Positions 20,078 to 29,243 of a DNA stretch of 64,000 nucleotides are shown piece by piece. Made by a program: the position numbers and the translations under genes. Where the stretch lies: contig JAIXWV010000041.1 of the NCBI GenBank assembly GCA_027491115.1, forward strand, positions 7,274-71,273. Direction: 5' to 3'. Position 1 is the first letter of the stretch. Each line of letters begins with the position of its first letter. The stretch is from Pseudomonadota bacterium (GTDB lineage: Bacteria > Bdellovibrionota > UBA1018 > CAIMNF01). A model generated the notes under the pieces. It ran no database searches. It saw only the letters and a list, made by a program, of their open reading frames with translations, and was not told where the DNA came from.

Positions 20078-21166
20078 TTGGCATCCTTTTTGAAGAGAAG
20101 GGGACTAAGAAAGGCCAGGCACCGCACAGTGAAAACCCTCTCCCTCATCTTTGCATTCCTCCTCCTGACCCTTCCGCTGACCCAAGCGGCGTCCCTGAAA
20201 GTGTTCCAGATTCGGAACTGGGGACTGGAAGACCGCGCCATCAGCGTTGAACGCGCATGGAAACTGACCGAAGGGAGCCGCAACGTAATCGTCGCGGTGA
20301 TCGATACTGGCATCGATGCCTCCCATCCTGACTTGAAACCCAATCTTTGGAAATCGCCAGGAACCAAGAATCGCCCCAACAGCGGAAGTGTTTACGGTTG
20401 GGATTTCGTAACCCAGGGTCCGAACCCGGTTGATTTTCATGGCCATGGAACTCACATCGCTGGAATCATCGGCGCAATCGCCAATCCTCGCACAGGAACC
20501 TCGGGTGTCACCCGGAATGTGCAGATCATGCCGGTCCGTTACTACTCCGAGACTGCTCCGGGCTCGGTCAACCTCGCCAACACCATCAAAGCCTTGCATT
20601 ATGCCATCGACAACGGCGCTCGGATTATCAATTACTCTGGTGGTGGACCTGAGTATTCTGAAGAAGAGTTTCAGGCGATGAAGAAAGCCGAGGAGCGTGG
20701 AGTCCTCATTGTCGCAGCAGCTGGTAATGACCGTCACAACACCGATGTTGAGGAATACCGCTACTACCCAGCTGCTTACGGATTGAAGGGGTTGAAGAAC
20801 ATCATCACCGTGGCCTCGATGGATGCTGAGAACAAAATCCTCCCCTCGTCCAACTGGGGCGTGCGCTCGGTCGACGTGGCCGCTCCAGGAGAAAGCATCC
20901 TGAGCACCATTCCGGGTGGTCGTCACGGACGCATGACCGGGACTTCCCAGGCAACTGCATTTGTTTCAGGAATCGCGGCACTGCTCCTGTCCAAATCTCC
21001 CAACCTGAGCCCTTCCCAGGTGAAGGAACTCATCGTTCGGAACACCACTCCGATCGCGGCTCTCCGGTCCAAAGTGGCCTCCGGCGGCAAAGTCGATGCA
21101 TTTCGCGCCATCTCCGCTCTGGAAGCGGGACGCGGCGCCGACCGCTCCACGGCTTCCAAAAATTAA
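20078..21166 (+). CDS. Secreted subtilisin-like serine protease (S8); probable real start is the GTG near 20129
   Basis: Catalytic triad blocks VAVIDTGID, HGTHIAGII and GTSQATAFVSG. Signal peptide (KTLSLIFAFLLLTLPLTQA). Confidence 0.85.
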   Translation: MASFLKRRGLRKARHRTVKTLSLIFAFLLLTLPLTQAASLKVFQIRNWGLEDRAISVERAWKLTEGSRNVIVAVIDTGIDASHPDLKPNLWKSPGTKNRPNSGSVYGWDFVTQGPNPVDFHGHGTHIAGIIGAIANPRTGTSGVTRNVQIMPVRYYSETAPGSVNLANTIKALHYAIDNGARIINYSGGGPEYSEEEFQAMKKAEERGVLIVAAAGNDRHNTDVEEYRYYPAAYGLKGLKNIITVASMDAENKILPSSNWGVRSVDVAAPGESILSTIPGGRHGRMTGTSQATAFVSGIAALLLSKSPNLSPSQVKELIVRNTTPIAALRSKVASGGKVDAFRAISALEAGRGADRSTASKN

Positions 21167-21204
21167 TGCAGTCCGGTCGAACCCTTTGGTAGACTGGACC
21201 CAAC

Positions 21205-22806
21205 TTGAAGGCTCTCTTTCTTTCTGCAACTCTGAGTGGAATCCTCTACGTGCTGTCATTCGCGCCGTGGGATCTCCATGCTCTGCAGTGGATCGCATTT
21301 GTTCCCCTGCTGGTTACTGTCGACCGGATCCGGGATCGACCGAGGTCGCTGAAATCGACAATCTTTGCCGGAATCTGGATGTCGGTCATCATCTGCCTCG
21401 GTGGCTTTTATTGGATGATTGGAGCGACCATGAGATACGGAGGATTGCCCCTTCCAGTGGCGCTCTTGGTTTTCATGGCGTTCAGTCTGACAGGGCAACT
21501 CCAAGTGCCGCTCTACCTGCTCGTTCGTGACCGGCTCATCCGTCATTCAGCCCCCACCTGGCTGAGCTTGCTCTTACAGCCCCTTTTGCTCGGAGCTATA
21601 TATACCGGTGTCGAATCGCTGTACCCGAAGATCTTTCTCGATACTGCGGGGCACGCGTTCCATTCGGCCTTGCTGGTCCGTCAGGCTGCGGATCTGGGCG
21701 GGGTCTTCTTCCTGACGTCGCTCTCCCTGGCATTCAACGAAGGAATCGCCACTTCGCTCCGACACAGGAGCATTCGTCCAGCGGTCGCATCCATCGTGCT
21801 CTTGAGTTCGGTGCTGATTTACGGGCAATGGCGAGTGGGGCAACACTTGGACTATGAGGCCCTCCCCACAGAGGCATCGCCCCGACTGAGGGCTGCGATG
21901 GTCCAGGCGAACATCGGAGATTTTTTGAAAGTCGCGGCCGAACAAGGGACCCGTGATGCGATGACAGCGGTCCTGGAACAGTACCTCGGTCTCTCCGGAA
22001 GTGCTTTACAAGAACAACCCCGCCCCGATGCCATCATCTGGCCTGAGACCGCCTATCCCTCGATCTTCCGGCAGCCCGAGACTCCGAATGAAGTCCGGAT
22101 GGAGAACCGTTTGAACGGTTTTCTGGAAACCTTTCCCGGGACCCTCATTTTCGGGGGTTATGACCGGGATCGCTCCGGGTTGGAGTACAACTCTCTCTTT
22201 TTCCATCATGCTCCGGTCCAAGCGACCCGAACCTACCACAAGAATGTACTCCTGATGTTCGGTGAGACCCTCCCTTTCGCCGACACTTTCCCATCGATGA
22301 AGACTTGGTTTCCGACGATGGGCTTTTTCGGAAGAGGACCTGGACCGGAAGTGATCGAAGTGAAAAACGCCGAAGGACAATCCTTCAAGCTCGCTCCCTC
22401 AATCTGTTATGAAGGCCTGATCGGTGAGCACTCTGCGCAGGGAGCATTGCTCGGGGCGGACGCACTCGTGAACGTCACCAATGACTCCTGGTTCGGCCCG
22501 GACGGGGAACCCTACCTGCACCTCGCGTTGACCCGCTTCCGCACCGTGGAAACCCGCCTGCCCCTCTTGCGATCAACCAATACCGGGTTCAGCGTCTGGA
22601 TGGACGCGATCGGAGAGACCCGTGCTCGCTCCGGCCTGTTTGAAAGTGCAGTCCTGAGTGCGGAAATCAAAAAACGGACTTGGCCCTTTTCCCCCTATCT
22701 TGAAATCGGAAGGACTCTTGGGGCCAATTGGTTTGCCCGGATCTGTCAAATCGTGACCCTCCTGTTTACGGGGATTTTTCTCACCAAACGCTTCCGATCA
22801 ACTTGA
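21205..22806 (+). CDS. lnt: Apolipoprotein N-acyltransferase
   Basis: Multi-TM N-terminal region plus a CN-hydrolase domain with ICYEGL, 533 aa. Confidence 0.85.
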   Translation: MKALFLSATLSGILYVLSFAPWDLHALQWIAFVPLLVTVDRIRDRPRSLKSTIFAGIWMSVIICLGGFYWMIGATMRYGGLPLPVALLVFMAFSLTGQLQVPLYLLVRDRLIRHSAPTWLSLLLQPLLLGAIYTGVESLYPKIFLDTAGHAFHSALLVRQAADLGGVFFLTSLSLAFNEGIATSLRHRSIRPAVASIVLLSSVLIYGQWRVGQHLDYEALPTEASPRLRAAMVQANIGDFLKVAAEQGTRDAMTAVLEQYLGLSGSALQEQPRPDAIIWPETAYPSIFRQPETPNEVRMENRLNGFLETFPGTLIFGGYDRDRSGLEYNSLFFHHAPVQATRTYHKNVLLMFGETLPFADTFPSMKTWFPTMGFFGRGPGPEVIEVKNAEGQSFKLAPSICYEGLIGEHSAQGALLGADALVNVTNDSWFGPDGEPYLHLALTRFRTVETRLPLLRSTNTGFSVWMDAIGETRARSGLFESAVLSAEIKKRTWPFSPYLEIGRTLGANWFARICQIVTLLFTGIFLTKRFRST

Positions 22807-22939
22807 ATCGTTGAGTGTCACCAGGCGATCAGGCGTCCAAACTCTTTACACCGGGCGCGCTCCCAAGGCCCCTTACCGAAGATTTCAGGTTGGCACTCCC
22901 GTTGCATTCACTCAAGGTGTAGGGATTGAGAGGGAGAAT

Positions 22940-23470
22940 ATGAAAATCATTAAAAATCTGTCTTTGGGACTCATTCTGGCCTGCCTTGCTTCAGCCTGTG
23001 GCGCACGCCCCCAGTTCGCAGACCGCTTTGACGGATACTCCAACTCCTGGGGTCCTTCAAATTCCGGACAGTACATGTCGGCCGACCTCCAGTGCTCCGA
23101 AACCCCGAATATCATCAGCTCGACCGGTCAAGCTTCCCAGGAATACCGCGCCTGCAGGAATGAGTCGTCATCGACCTCGATCCGTCTTTTCCCCGCCGAC
23201 GGCGCCCTTCGTACGGTTTGCGTCTACCCTACCCTCGGAGGTCGTGGAATCGTGGCAAATCCCTACGGGACGATCTATACCCGTTACGCAGTCCAATGCA
23301 TGAACGTCAATTCCGACGGTGCACAAATCAATTTCGGATCGCTCCAATTCGACGGCATCCAGGTCGTCCGAGCGGCAGACGCACCGGTCATGTCCTATTG
23401 CCTGGCCTACGGCAATGTCTCGACCTGTGCATCCCAGTCATCGCTCCAGTACGCGAACGGCAGCCTTTAA
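22940..23470 (+). CDS. Cys-rich lipoprotein, hypothetical
   Basis: Strong RBS GAGAGGGAG before the ATG at 22940, lipobox ILACLASAC. The upstream part of the track ORF has no RBS. Confidence 0.55.
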   Translation: MKIIKNLSLGLILACLASACGARPQFADRFDGYSNSWGPSNSGQYMSADLQCSETPNIISSTGQASQEYRACRNESSSTSIRLFPADGALRTVCVYPTLGGRGIVANPYGTIYTRYAVQCMNVNSDGAQINFGSLQFDGIQVVRAADAPVMSYCLAYGNVSTCASQSSLQYANGSL

Positions 23471-24429
23471 TGGATGTTCCTTCGGACCTTCTCGGGCAGG
23501 AGGTTTTCTCCCTCTTCAGCACGACTTTCCGAACCTGAGCTTCCGAGGACTTCCTTTTTCCCGTGTCGGCACATCCCGACAAGTTCAGGATCCCGGGTTG
23601 GGAACACATCGATGATCTCGATCTGCGTCTCGTCCGCGGTGTCTTTGGCGATTACGACATACCAATACGGCTCGTCGTGGTCGTAATGCTTGATGAAGTG
23701 GTAAACTCGCTTGGCCGACTTCGGCTGATAGCTCCAGAGCTCATTCGGCTTTTGCAAGGTTTCCTCGAGACACTTCTGGTAAAAGCCGAAATCCTCGGGG
23801 GGTATGTCTTGGACCTTACGGGACCGGACAATCATGGCTCGAACCGAGTCCGCCTCAGTCCAGGGTTCTGCGAGCCGATCGGAGCCCTGCTGCTCATCCC
23901 GCGCAAGCTCGGTCACGCCTTCTTCTTCAGGAGCTTCGATTCGCGATCCTTCCTTCACAACCTTCATCTGGTCGCCTCGACGGAAAACATCCACGAGATT
24001 GCGATCAGAACTTACGAATGCGAGAAAAAGAAAACTCGGCTCACCTCTCAACATCAAACAGACCGCCACAGCCCAGACCTTCTTACTCTCCGGCATGTAT
24101 TCCGCGATCAGGGTGTAACGGCGATCTCCCCTTGGGAGCGTTTCCATCCAGACTTCTTCGGGATTCTCGAGCGCCATCCATCTGAAATGCGCATATCGCT
24201 CGCGTTCCTCAGCACTCAGATCCTGGGGGGCCACATGCTTTCCATACTCCCTTTCGAGTTTCTCGATCTCGGGAGTGAAGTGACTGACAATGCAACCTTC
24301 ATCGCAAAAGTACCGACCGACTTCTTCCTCGACAAAAAGAGCCTGATCCCTTTGGGAAATGACTTTTTTGCATTCTTCACAATGTACTTTTGCCGATTTT
24401 TTAGCCGAACCGCGCGGTTTTGAACTCAT
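23467..24429 (-). CDS. Hypothetical protein with N-terminal zinc-ribbon (CxxC...CxxxC) and an internal duplicated module of about 60 aa
   Basis: CEECKK...CDEGC near the N-terminus. Two similar modules: EEVWMETLP..RRYTLIAEY...WAVAVC...LVDVFRRG and NELWSYQPK..RVYHFIKHY...WYVVIA...LVGMCRHG. The plus-strand ORF 23563..24423 is F/L-rich antisense junk. Confidence 0.5.
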   Translation of the reverse strand: MSSKPRGSAKKSAKVHCEECKKVISQRDQALFVEEEVGRYFCDEGCIVSHFTPEIEKLEREYGKHVAPQDLSAEERERYAHFRWMALENPEEVWMETLPRGDRRYTLIAEYMPESKKVWAVAVCLMLRGEPSFLFLAFVSSDRNLVDVFRRGDQMKVVKEGSRIEAPEEEGVTELARDEQQGSDRLAEPWTEADSVRAMIVRSRKVQDIPPEDFGFYQKCLEETLQKPNELWSYQPKSAKRVYHFIKHYDHDEPYWYVVIAKDTADETQIEIIDVFPTRDPELVGMCRHGKKEVLGSSGSESRAEEGENLLPEKVRRNIH

Positions 24430-24673
24430 CCTAAGTCCCCCGGGAGTTGCTCTCCGAATGCCGATCCCATCCTGGGATCCACTGTTTTCAGTCTGAGCCC
24501 TACCCGAACCCCCGTCAATGACAGCTTTCAGACGCCCCGGAAGGTACCAAAATGATGCGTGGGAATTTTGTCGTTGCGCTTTTTTCCTGACTCCGGAAAA
24601 CTAGGGATAGGGGCAGGAAGCTCCGGTTGAACTTGTCCTTTCACCCACAAATCACCCATGGAGGGGTACGGGG

Positions 24674-24982
24674 ATGATCACGGTTTCTCGAGAACAACTC
24701 ACCACAGTAGAATACCTCATCAAGCAATCTACCCAAGGGAATCACATCCTTTTCGATATCGATGTGGTCCGTAAGGTGTTTTCCAATCAGACCCAACCGA
24801 TGAGCGAAGCCGAAGCTCGTGAAATCGAGAAGCACATCGAGAAATTGATCACTCTCGAGGGGTATGACCGTCAGAAGGCTTATCTGTCTCGACTCCCAGA
24901 GACCGTTCTCTACCGGGTCGTGAAGATCTATTTCAATATTGTGGAGAACAACCTGTTTGAAACCAACCGGATCCGTCATTGA
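24674..24982 (+). CDS. Small hypothetical protein (102 aa)
   Basis: RBS GGAGGGG 8 nt upstream of the ATG. Immediately followed by the coiled-coil/ACD gene, so likely co-transcribed. Confidence 0.45.
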   Translation: MITVSREQLTTVEYLIKQSTQGNHILFDIDVVRKVFSNQTQPMSEAEAREIEKHIEKLITLEGYDRQKAYLSRLPETVLYRVVKIYFNIVENNLFETNRIRH

Positions 24983-25000
24983 TCCAGGAAGGAGTCACCC

Positions 25001-26143
25001 GTGAGCCGAGTTGAAAACGGTTATTCTGCGAGCCAGGAACTGGCGGAGCAGTACCGCCTCCAACGGGAGCAAAAACAGTCCCTTCAGGATTCCCACGAAG
25101 CTGAAATCCAGAACTTGAAGAAATCCCATGCTGCCGAAACGGCTGACCTCCAGGACCGTTTTGAAACCTCCTCTCAGGCACAGCGCCTCTCCCACTACGA
25201 GCATCTCCGGAACCAGAAGAACCAGATCAACCGGGAAGAACGCGATCTCCAGACCCGGGGCCGGGAGTCCATAGCTGAATCCAAGCGGGAACTGGAGACC
25301 GAAGCATTCAAGACCGAGCAGGAAGGCAGGACCCGCGTCGAGGAGAGCAGAAAGCGTTTTGTCGCACTCGAACAGTACGAACGGCAACGCGAACGAGCGA
25401 CGCAAGACGATCTTCACAGGAATCACATCCGGAATACAGAAATGATCGTCAAGAACACCGAGAAAGCGACGAGTGACCTGCGCGAGCAGAAAGAAGCCTA
25501 CCTCGAGGTCCAGAAAGAGAACCATCGTGCCTCGCTCGAGGGAATCCGCGAACACTACCAAAAGATCCGGGACGAGAAACACCAAAACTACCTGGACGAG
25601 CTGAGGGAAGTGGAGCACCGAACCACTGCCTCGTTGAATGAACGCAAGCTTGCCTCAGCCGAGAAAATCAAGGCCCATGACACACGTATTCATGATCCTT
25701 TTTACCAAATCAAACGTTTCGAATCGGCTATGGAAGATCAGGGAGAATCCATCGTTCTTCGTGTAAAAGTTCCCGAGCACGAACGCAAGGGCATTCGTGT
25801 ACAAGTCAGCGGCAAGGATCTGGAACTGATCGGAACGCGGGTGGCTGATGAGCGCGCCATGGTCGCACCTGGTCGTGTGATCTCATCAAGATCCCATCAG
25901 ATCCTTTCCGAAAGGTTCTCACTCCCCGTTCCAGTCGATCCGAAATCAGTCTCCATGCAGGAAGATGGGGATTGGCTCGAGTACCGGATGGTGAAATTCG
26001 GCGCCCACCATCCCGTCTCAGGTCCCGCCGCCCACGAGATCGACCAGGAACTGAGTCCGATCGCCAGGGAACTCCGATTTGTCGAGAACCTCCCCCGCCC
26101 TTCAGTGATGAACCAGAACAGTGGCAAGGGGACCCTGACCTGA
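25001..26143 (+). CDS. Coiled-coil protein with C-terminal alpha-crystallin (Hsp20-like) domain
   Basis: GTG start with RBS GGAAGGAG. About 240 aa of E/R/K/Q-rich heptad-like sequence. Then VLRVKVPEHERKGIRVQVSGKDLELIG...ILSERFSLPVPVDPKSVSMQEDGDWLEYRM, an ACD-like pattern. Confidence 0.6.
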   Translation: MSRVENGYSASQELAEQYRLQREQKQSLQDSHEAEIQNLKKSHAAETADLQDRFETSSQAQRLSHYEHLRNQKNQINREERDLQTRGRESIAESKRELETEAFKTEQEGRTRVEESRKRFVALEQYERQRERATQDDLHRNHIRNTEMIVKNTEKATSDLREQKEAYLEVQKENHRASLEGIREHYQKIRDEKHQNYLDELREVEHRTTASLNERKLASAEKIKAHDTRIHDPFYQIKRFESAMEDQGESIVLRVKVPEHERKGIRVQVSGKDLELIGTRVADERAMVAPGRVISSRSHQILSERFSLPVPVDPKSVSMQEDGDWLEYRMVKFGAHHPVSGPAAHEIDQELSPIARELRFVENLPRPSVMNQNSGKGTLT

Positions 26144-26334
26144 ACAAGGTTTAGACACCCTCCGCGGATCACTGACACCAACGGAATCCGTTTATCTTGA
26201 AAATCCCTTGTTGTTTCAATGCCGTTTCCTCGGATTGAACATCAATGGACTTGGCATCACCGTTGCATTTATTCAAGTCACAAGCAGCAGCGTAAGCGAA
26301 GCAAACCGTGACAGCGAGTAAAGGAAACAACAAG

Positions 26335-26658
26335 ATGTCGGCAGCAAAAGACCCCTCCCAGAACAGCCTCTTCATCTACTCCAACTTCTATCACCTGTAT
26401 CTCAAGGGCAAGTCGGTCACTAAGCCTGAAGCTGCCAAAGGCGTGGTTCTCAAAACCGCACGCGCCGAAGAATTCCCCGCACCGGCCGAAGTTCGGGTCG
26501 TTTCTCCGGCCGAATCCGAATCCTTCAGCGGCTGGACCTCTGGAGAAGCAGGTCCTGCCCGCAACGAGATCGCCCAACAACTTCTGACTCTCCGCCAGGC
26601 CCGCAAGCGCCTGTCATTCATGATGCAAGAGATCGATGAAATTTTGAAGCGCGCCTGA
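26335..26658 (+). CDS. Small hypothetical soluble protein (107 aa)
   Basis: RBS AAAGGAAACAACAAG-ATG, GC3-rich codons, and a rho-independent terminator downstream. Confidence 0.5.
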   Translation: MSAAKDPSQNSLFIYSNFYHLYLKGKSVTKPEAAKGVVLKTARAEEFPAPAEVRVVSPAESESFSGWTSGEAGPARNEIAQQLLTLRQARKRLSFMMQEIDEILKRA

Positions 26659-26705
26659 TCCGCGCCCCCAACTGTCCCCCTCAACCCCTCAACCCTACCC
26701 TCGAG

Positions 26706-26743
26706 CCGGGGACGGAGTCAGACTCCGTCTCCGGTTTTTTCTT
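26706..26743 (+). terminator. Rho-independent terminator (ccggggacggagtc-a-gactccgtctccgg followed by TTTTTT)
   Basis: Hairpin plus T-run read directly. It overlaps the last codons of the convergent gene 26718..27044. Confidence 0.6.
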
Positions 26744-27044
26744 TCACCTTGATCCGGATCTCGAGCGTGACATCGTTCTTGCGGAAAAAATCTGAGATGA
26801 GCACGGTTGGGTCGATCTTGTCCTGGACCTTAGCCAGCATCTCGGTCACCACATTCTCCATGAACTCCTTGCGGACGTTCTTCGCTCCATCCAGGATCCC
26901 GCCCACGATCTCTTTCGGGAGCTTGAACTCAGAGACCAAGGTCTTCAGCGCATCTTCAGTCAGAAAAAAAGTCCCGACCCCGACTGTCAGCAGTTTCTTG
27001 GCCCAACCCAGGGATCCGGATCCGTCATCTTTTTCGTCTGACAT
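26718..27044 (-). CDS. Phasin-family (PHA-granule-associated-like) small protein
   Basis: WAKKLLTVGVGTFFLTEDALKTLVSEF resembles the phasin LL.aGvGa..LtqdkaeklV pattern. This is family-level only. Confidence 0.4.
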   Translation of the reverse strand: MSDEKDDGSGSLGWAKKLLTVGVGTFFLTEDALKTLVSEFKLPKEIVGGILDGAKNVRKEFMENVVTEMLAKVQDKIDPTVLISDFFRKNDVTLEIRIKVKEKTGDGV

Positions 27045-27047
27045 CGC

Positions 27048-27479
27048 TCAAAGCCCTTTCGCGCGCTGATAAAAGGATTCCATCATTGAAGGAAGCGTGC
27101 TTTTCACAATCCCCTTCAAGATGAAGCCCGGAACAGAAAAGTTGAACTCCACTTCGAGAGAGTACTTTACGCGGCAACTGTTCGGCCCGGTGGATTGGAT
27201 CTTCCATGAACCGTTATTCACCTTAAAAAACTCACTTTTCAACAAACTCCAATCCACCTCACCCGCAGAAGGATTTTCGCGGATCTTCAGGACATAACTC
27301 ATGTCCTTGGACATCATGGAGAGGTCATAATGGGCGGTGACGCTTCCGTCTTGGGCGCGCTCGACACGCACTTTCTTCATTCCCTCGACGAACTCCGGAT
27401 ACTTCTCATAGTCCGCCACTGCCTTGAAATACTTCTCGGCACTGATTTCAAAACTCTTCTCATGTTCTGCCTGGGCCAT
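27048..27479 (-). CDS. SRPBCC (polyketide-cyclase/START-like) family protein
   Basis: 143 aa. Fold-family resemblance only. Confidence 0.5.
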   Translation of the reverse strand: MAQAEHEKSFEISAEKYFKAVADYEKYPEFVEGMKKVRVERAQDGSVTAHYDLSMMSKDMSYVLKIRENPSAGEVDWSLLKSEFFKVNNGSWKIQSTGPNSCRVKYSLEVEFNFSVPGFILKGIVKSTLPSMMESFYQRAKGL

Positions 27480-27518
27480 GATCGATCTCCTCAGCGATAA
27501 AAATTCAGCGACTAAAAT

Positions 27519-28460
27519 TCAACGGTTGAAATGGTGTTGGGTGTGGATGTACCGGATGGTTCCGGTCTCCGAGCGCATCACCACCGAATGGCTCTCGGCC
27601 CCACCTTTGAAAAAGCGGATCCCGTTCAAAAAAGTCCCCTGGGTCACGCCTGTTGCGCAGAACATGACATTTCCTTTGGCCAGGTCGTGAATCCCGTAAA
27701 CCTTACGCAAATCATCAATACCCATCCGCGTGGCCCTAGCCCGTTCGGCATCATCTTTGAACACCAATCGACCGATGAAATCCCCACCCCGGCACCGAAG
27801 TGCGGCTGCAGCGATCACTCCTTCAGGGGCCCCACCGGTTCCGAACAAAACATCGACACCACTGGTTGGTTCTGTGGTGGCGATGGCGGCCGAGACATCC
27901 CCGTCACCGATGAGCCAGATCCTGGCACCAGCCATACGGACTTCCTTGATGAGCTCCTCGTGACGAGGACGATCGAGAATGATGGCCGTCAGATCCGACA
28001 CCGAACATTTCTTGGCACGGGCAATTTCTTTCAGATTTTCGGTGGGCGTCCGGTTGAGGTCAATCGCACCCTTTGCCTCGGGCCCAACAGCGATCTTCTC
28101 CATGTAACAATCGGGGGCATGAAGAAAATTCCCCTCCTCGGCGATGGCAATGACCGAAATTGAATTATTGAGCCCCTTGGCACAAATGGTGGTGCCCTCG
28201 AGGGGATCCAGAGCCAAATCCAACCGGACCGATCCGCCCTTGCCGACCTTCTCGCCGATATAGAGCATGGGTGCTTCGTCCCGTTCGCCCTCGCCGATGA
28301 CAACACGTCCGTCGAACTCGACCGAGTTGAGCGCATTCCTCATGGCATCTACAGCAGCCTGATCGGCGAGCTTCTCGTCTCCGCGCCCCATCAAACGCGC
28401 ACTCGAAAGTGCGGCCGCTTCAGTCACTCGAACAAATTCCAAAGCGAAGTTACGATTCAT
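27519..28460 (-). CDS. glpX: Fructose-1,6-bisphosphatase class II
   Basis: Whole-length GlpX similarity (…LYIGEKVGKGG…LIGDGDVSAAI…). Confidence 0.9.
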   Translation of the reverse strand: MNRNFALEFVRVTEAAALSSARLMGRGDEKLADQAAVDAMRNALNSVEFDGRVVIGEGERDEAPMLYIGEKVGKGGSVRLDLALDPLEGTTICAKGLNNSISVIAIAEEGNFLHAPDCYMEKIAVGPEAKGAIDLNRTPTENLKEIARAKKCSVSDLTAIILDRPRHEELIKEVRMAGARIWLIGDGDVSAAIATTEPTSGVDVLFGTGGAPEGVIAAAALRCRGGDFIGRLVFKDDAERARATRMGIDDLRKVYGIHDLAKGNVMFCATGVTQGTFLNGIRFFKGGAESHSVVMRSETGTIRYIHTQHHFNR

Positions 28461-29155
28461 TAAAGGGATCCTCCTACCAAATGGGAAAGCATCCGCTGAC
28501 GATGGGCCTCATCCGCAAACGGGGCGCTCTCGACTAACCCGATGGCCGTTTCGATCAAGGTCCTGTCCTCGACAGGGTGATACTCGATGAGACGGGTTTC
28601 GAGACGGACGATTCCATGCGCGTAACCTCCGTCATCTTCGGCGACGGCTTGTCCGGTCCGGATCCCGTCGTCACTTTCCCACTGTACGAAACTGTGATGG
28701 ACGTACAGAGTCCAGCGATTGAGCGTCCGACCCTGGTCCTCCCCGTCACGGAAATAAAGCAACAGATCCACTCCCACCGGATTGTGATACCAATCCGTTC
28801 CGGCAAAATCAGGGAGCTCGTACTTCCTGAGACTTTCGCCGAGCTTGACCGGATGGGAAATCGCCTCCAAGTGGGCTCGCAACTCGGGGCTGAGATCGAT
28901 CCACTCTCCTCCGACCAAGGTCCCCCGGATGTATTTCACTTCAAACCGGCAAGAAAGCTTCCGCCCCTCCACCTTCACCGTTCCAGGTTGTTGACTGGCT
29001 ACCGTGAAATGGGCGAGGTCTTCTTTTTCACTCAGGCGGATGGCCAAACCTCCGAGAGAAATGTCCTGGACCGGGTAGTTCCGGGACCGGGAATCAGAAT
29101 GAAACTGGCAAGGCGAGATGTGGAAACGGGGAAGCTTGCGCTTTTCGTGACTCAT
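28460..29155 (-). CDS. PilZ-domain protein (putative c-di-GMP receptor)
   Basis: RKLPRF (RxxxR) and DISLGGLAI (DxSxxG) motifs near the N-terminus. Start set at the internal ATG to avoid overlap with the divergent pgsA. Confidence 0.55.
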   Translation of the reverse strand: MSHEKRKLPRFHISPCQFHSDSRSRNYPVQDISLGGLAIRLSEKEDLAHFTVASQQPGTVKVEGRKLSCRFEVKYIRGTLVGGEWIDLSPELRAHLEAISHPVKLGESLRKYELPDFAGTDWYHNPVGVDLLLYFRDGEDQGRTLNRWTLYVHHSFVQWESDDGIRTGQAVAEDDGGYAHGIVRLETRLIEYHPVEDRTLIETAIGLVESAPFADEAHRQRMLSHLVGGSL

Positions 29156-29243
29156 AGGTTTGAGCAGAAGAATAACCTGAAAATTCAGTGGATTGCAAAT
29201 AAGGCTTTTACAAAGAACGGGGTGCGTTGCACACTCGGAAGGC

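Noticed and set aside
23563-24423. 286-aa plus-strand ORF
   Set aside because: Phe/Leu-rich composition mirrors the Glu/Lys-rich minus-strand gene 23467..24429, so it is an antisense artefact.
24466-24490. Hairpin gatccca-tcc-tgggatc followed by a T-run on the plus strand
   Set aside because: There is no upstream plus-strand gene or recognisable ncRNA to terminate. Probably incidental within a divergent promoter region.
26169-26375. 68-aa minus-strand ORF with signal-peptide-like segment
   Set aside because: AT-ending codons atypical for this genome. Overlaps the well-supported plus-strand gene start (good RBS and terminator). No usable RBS.
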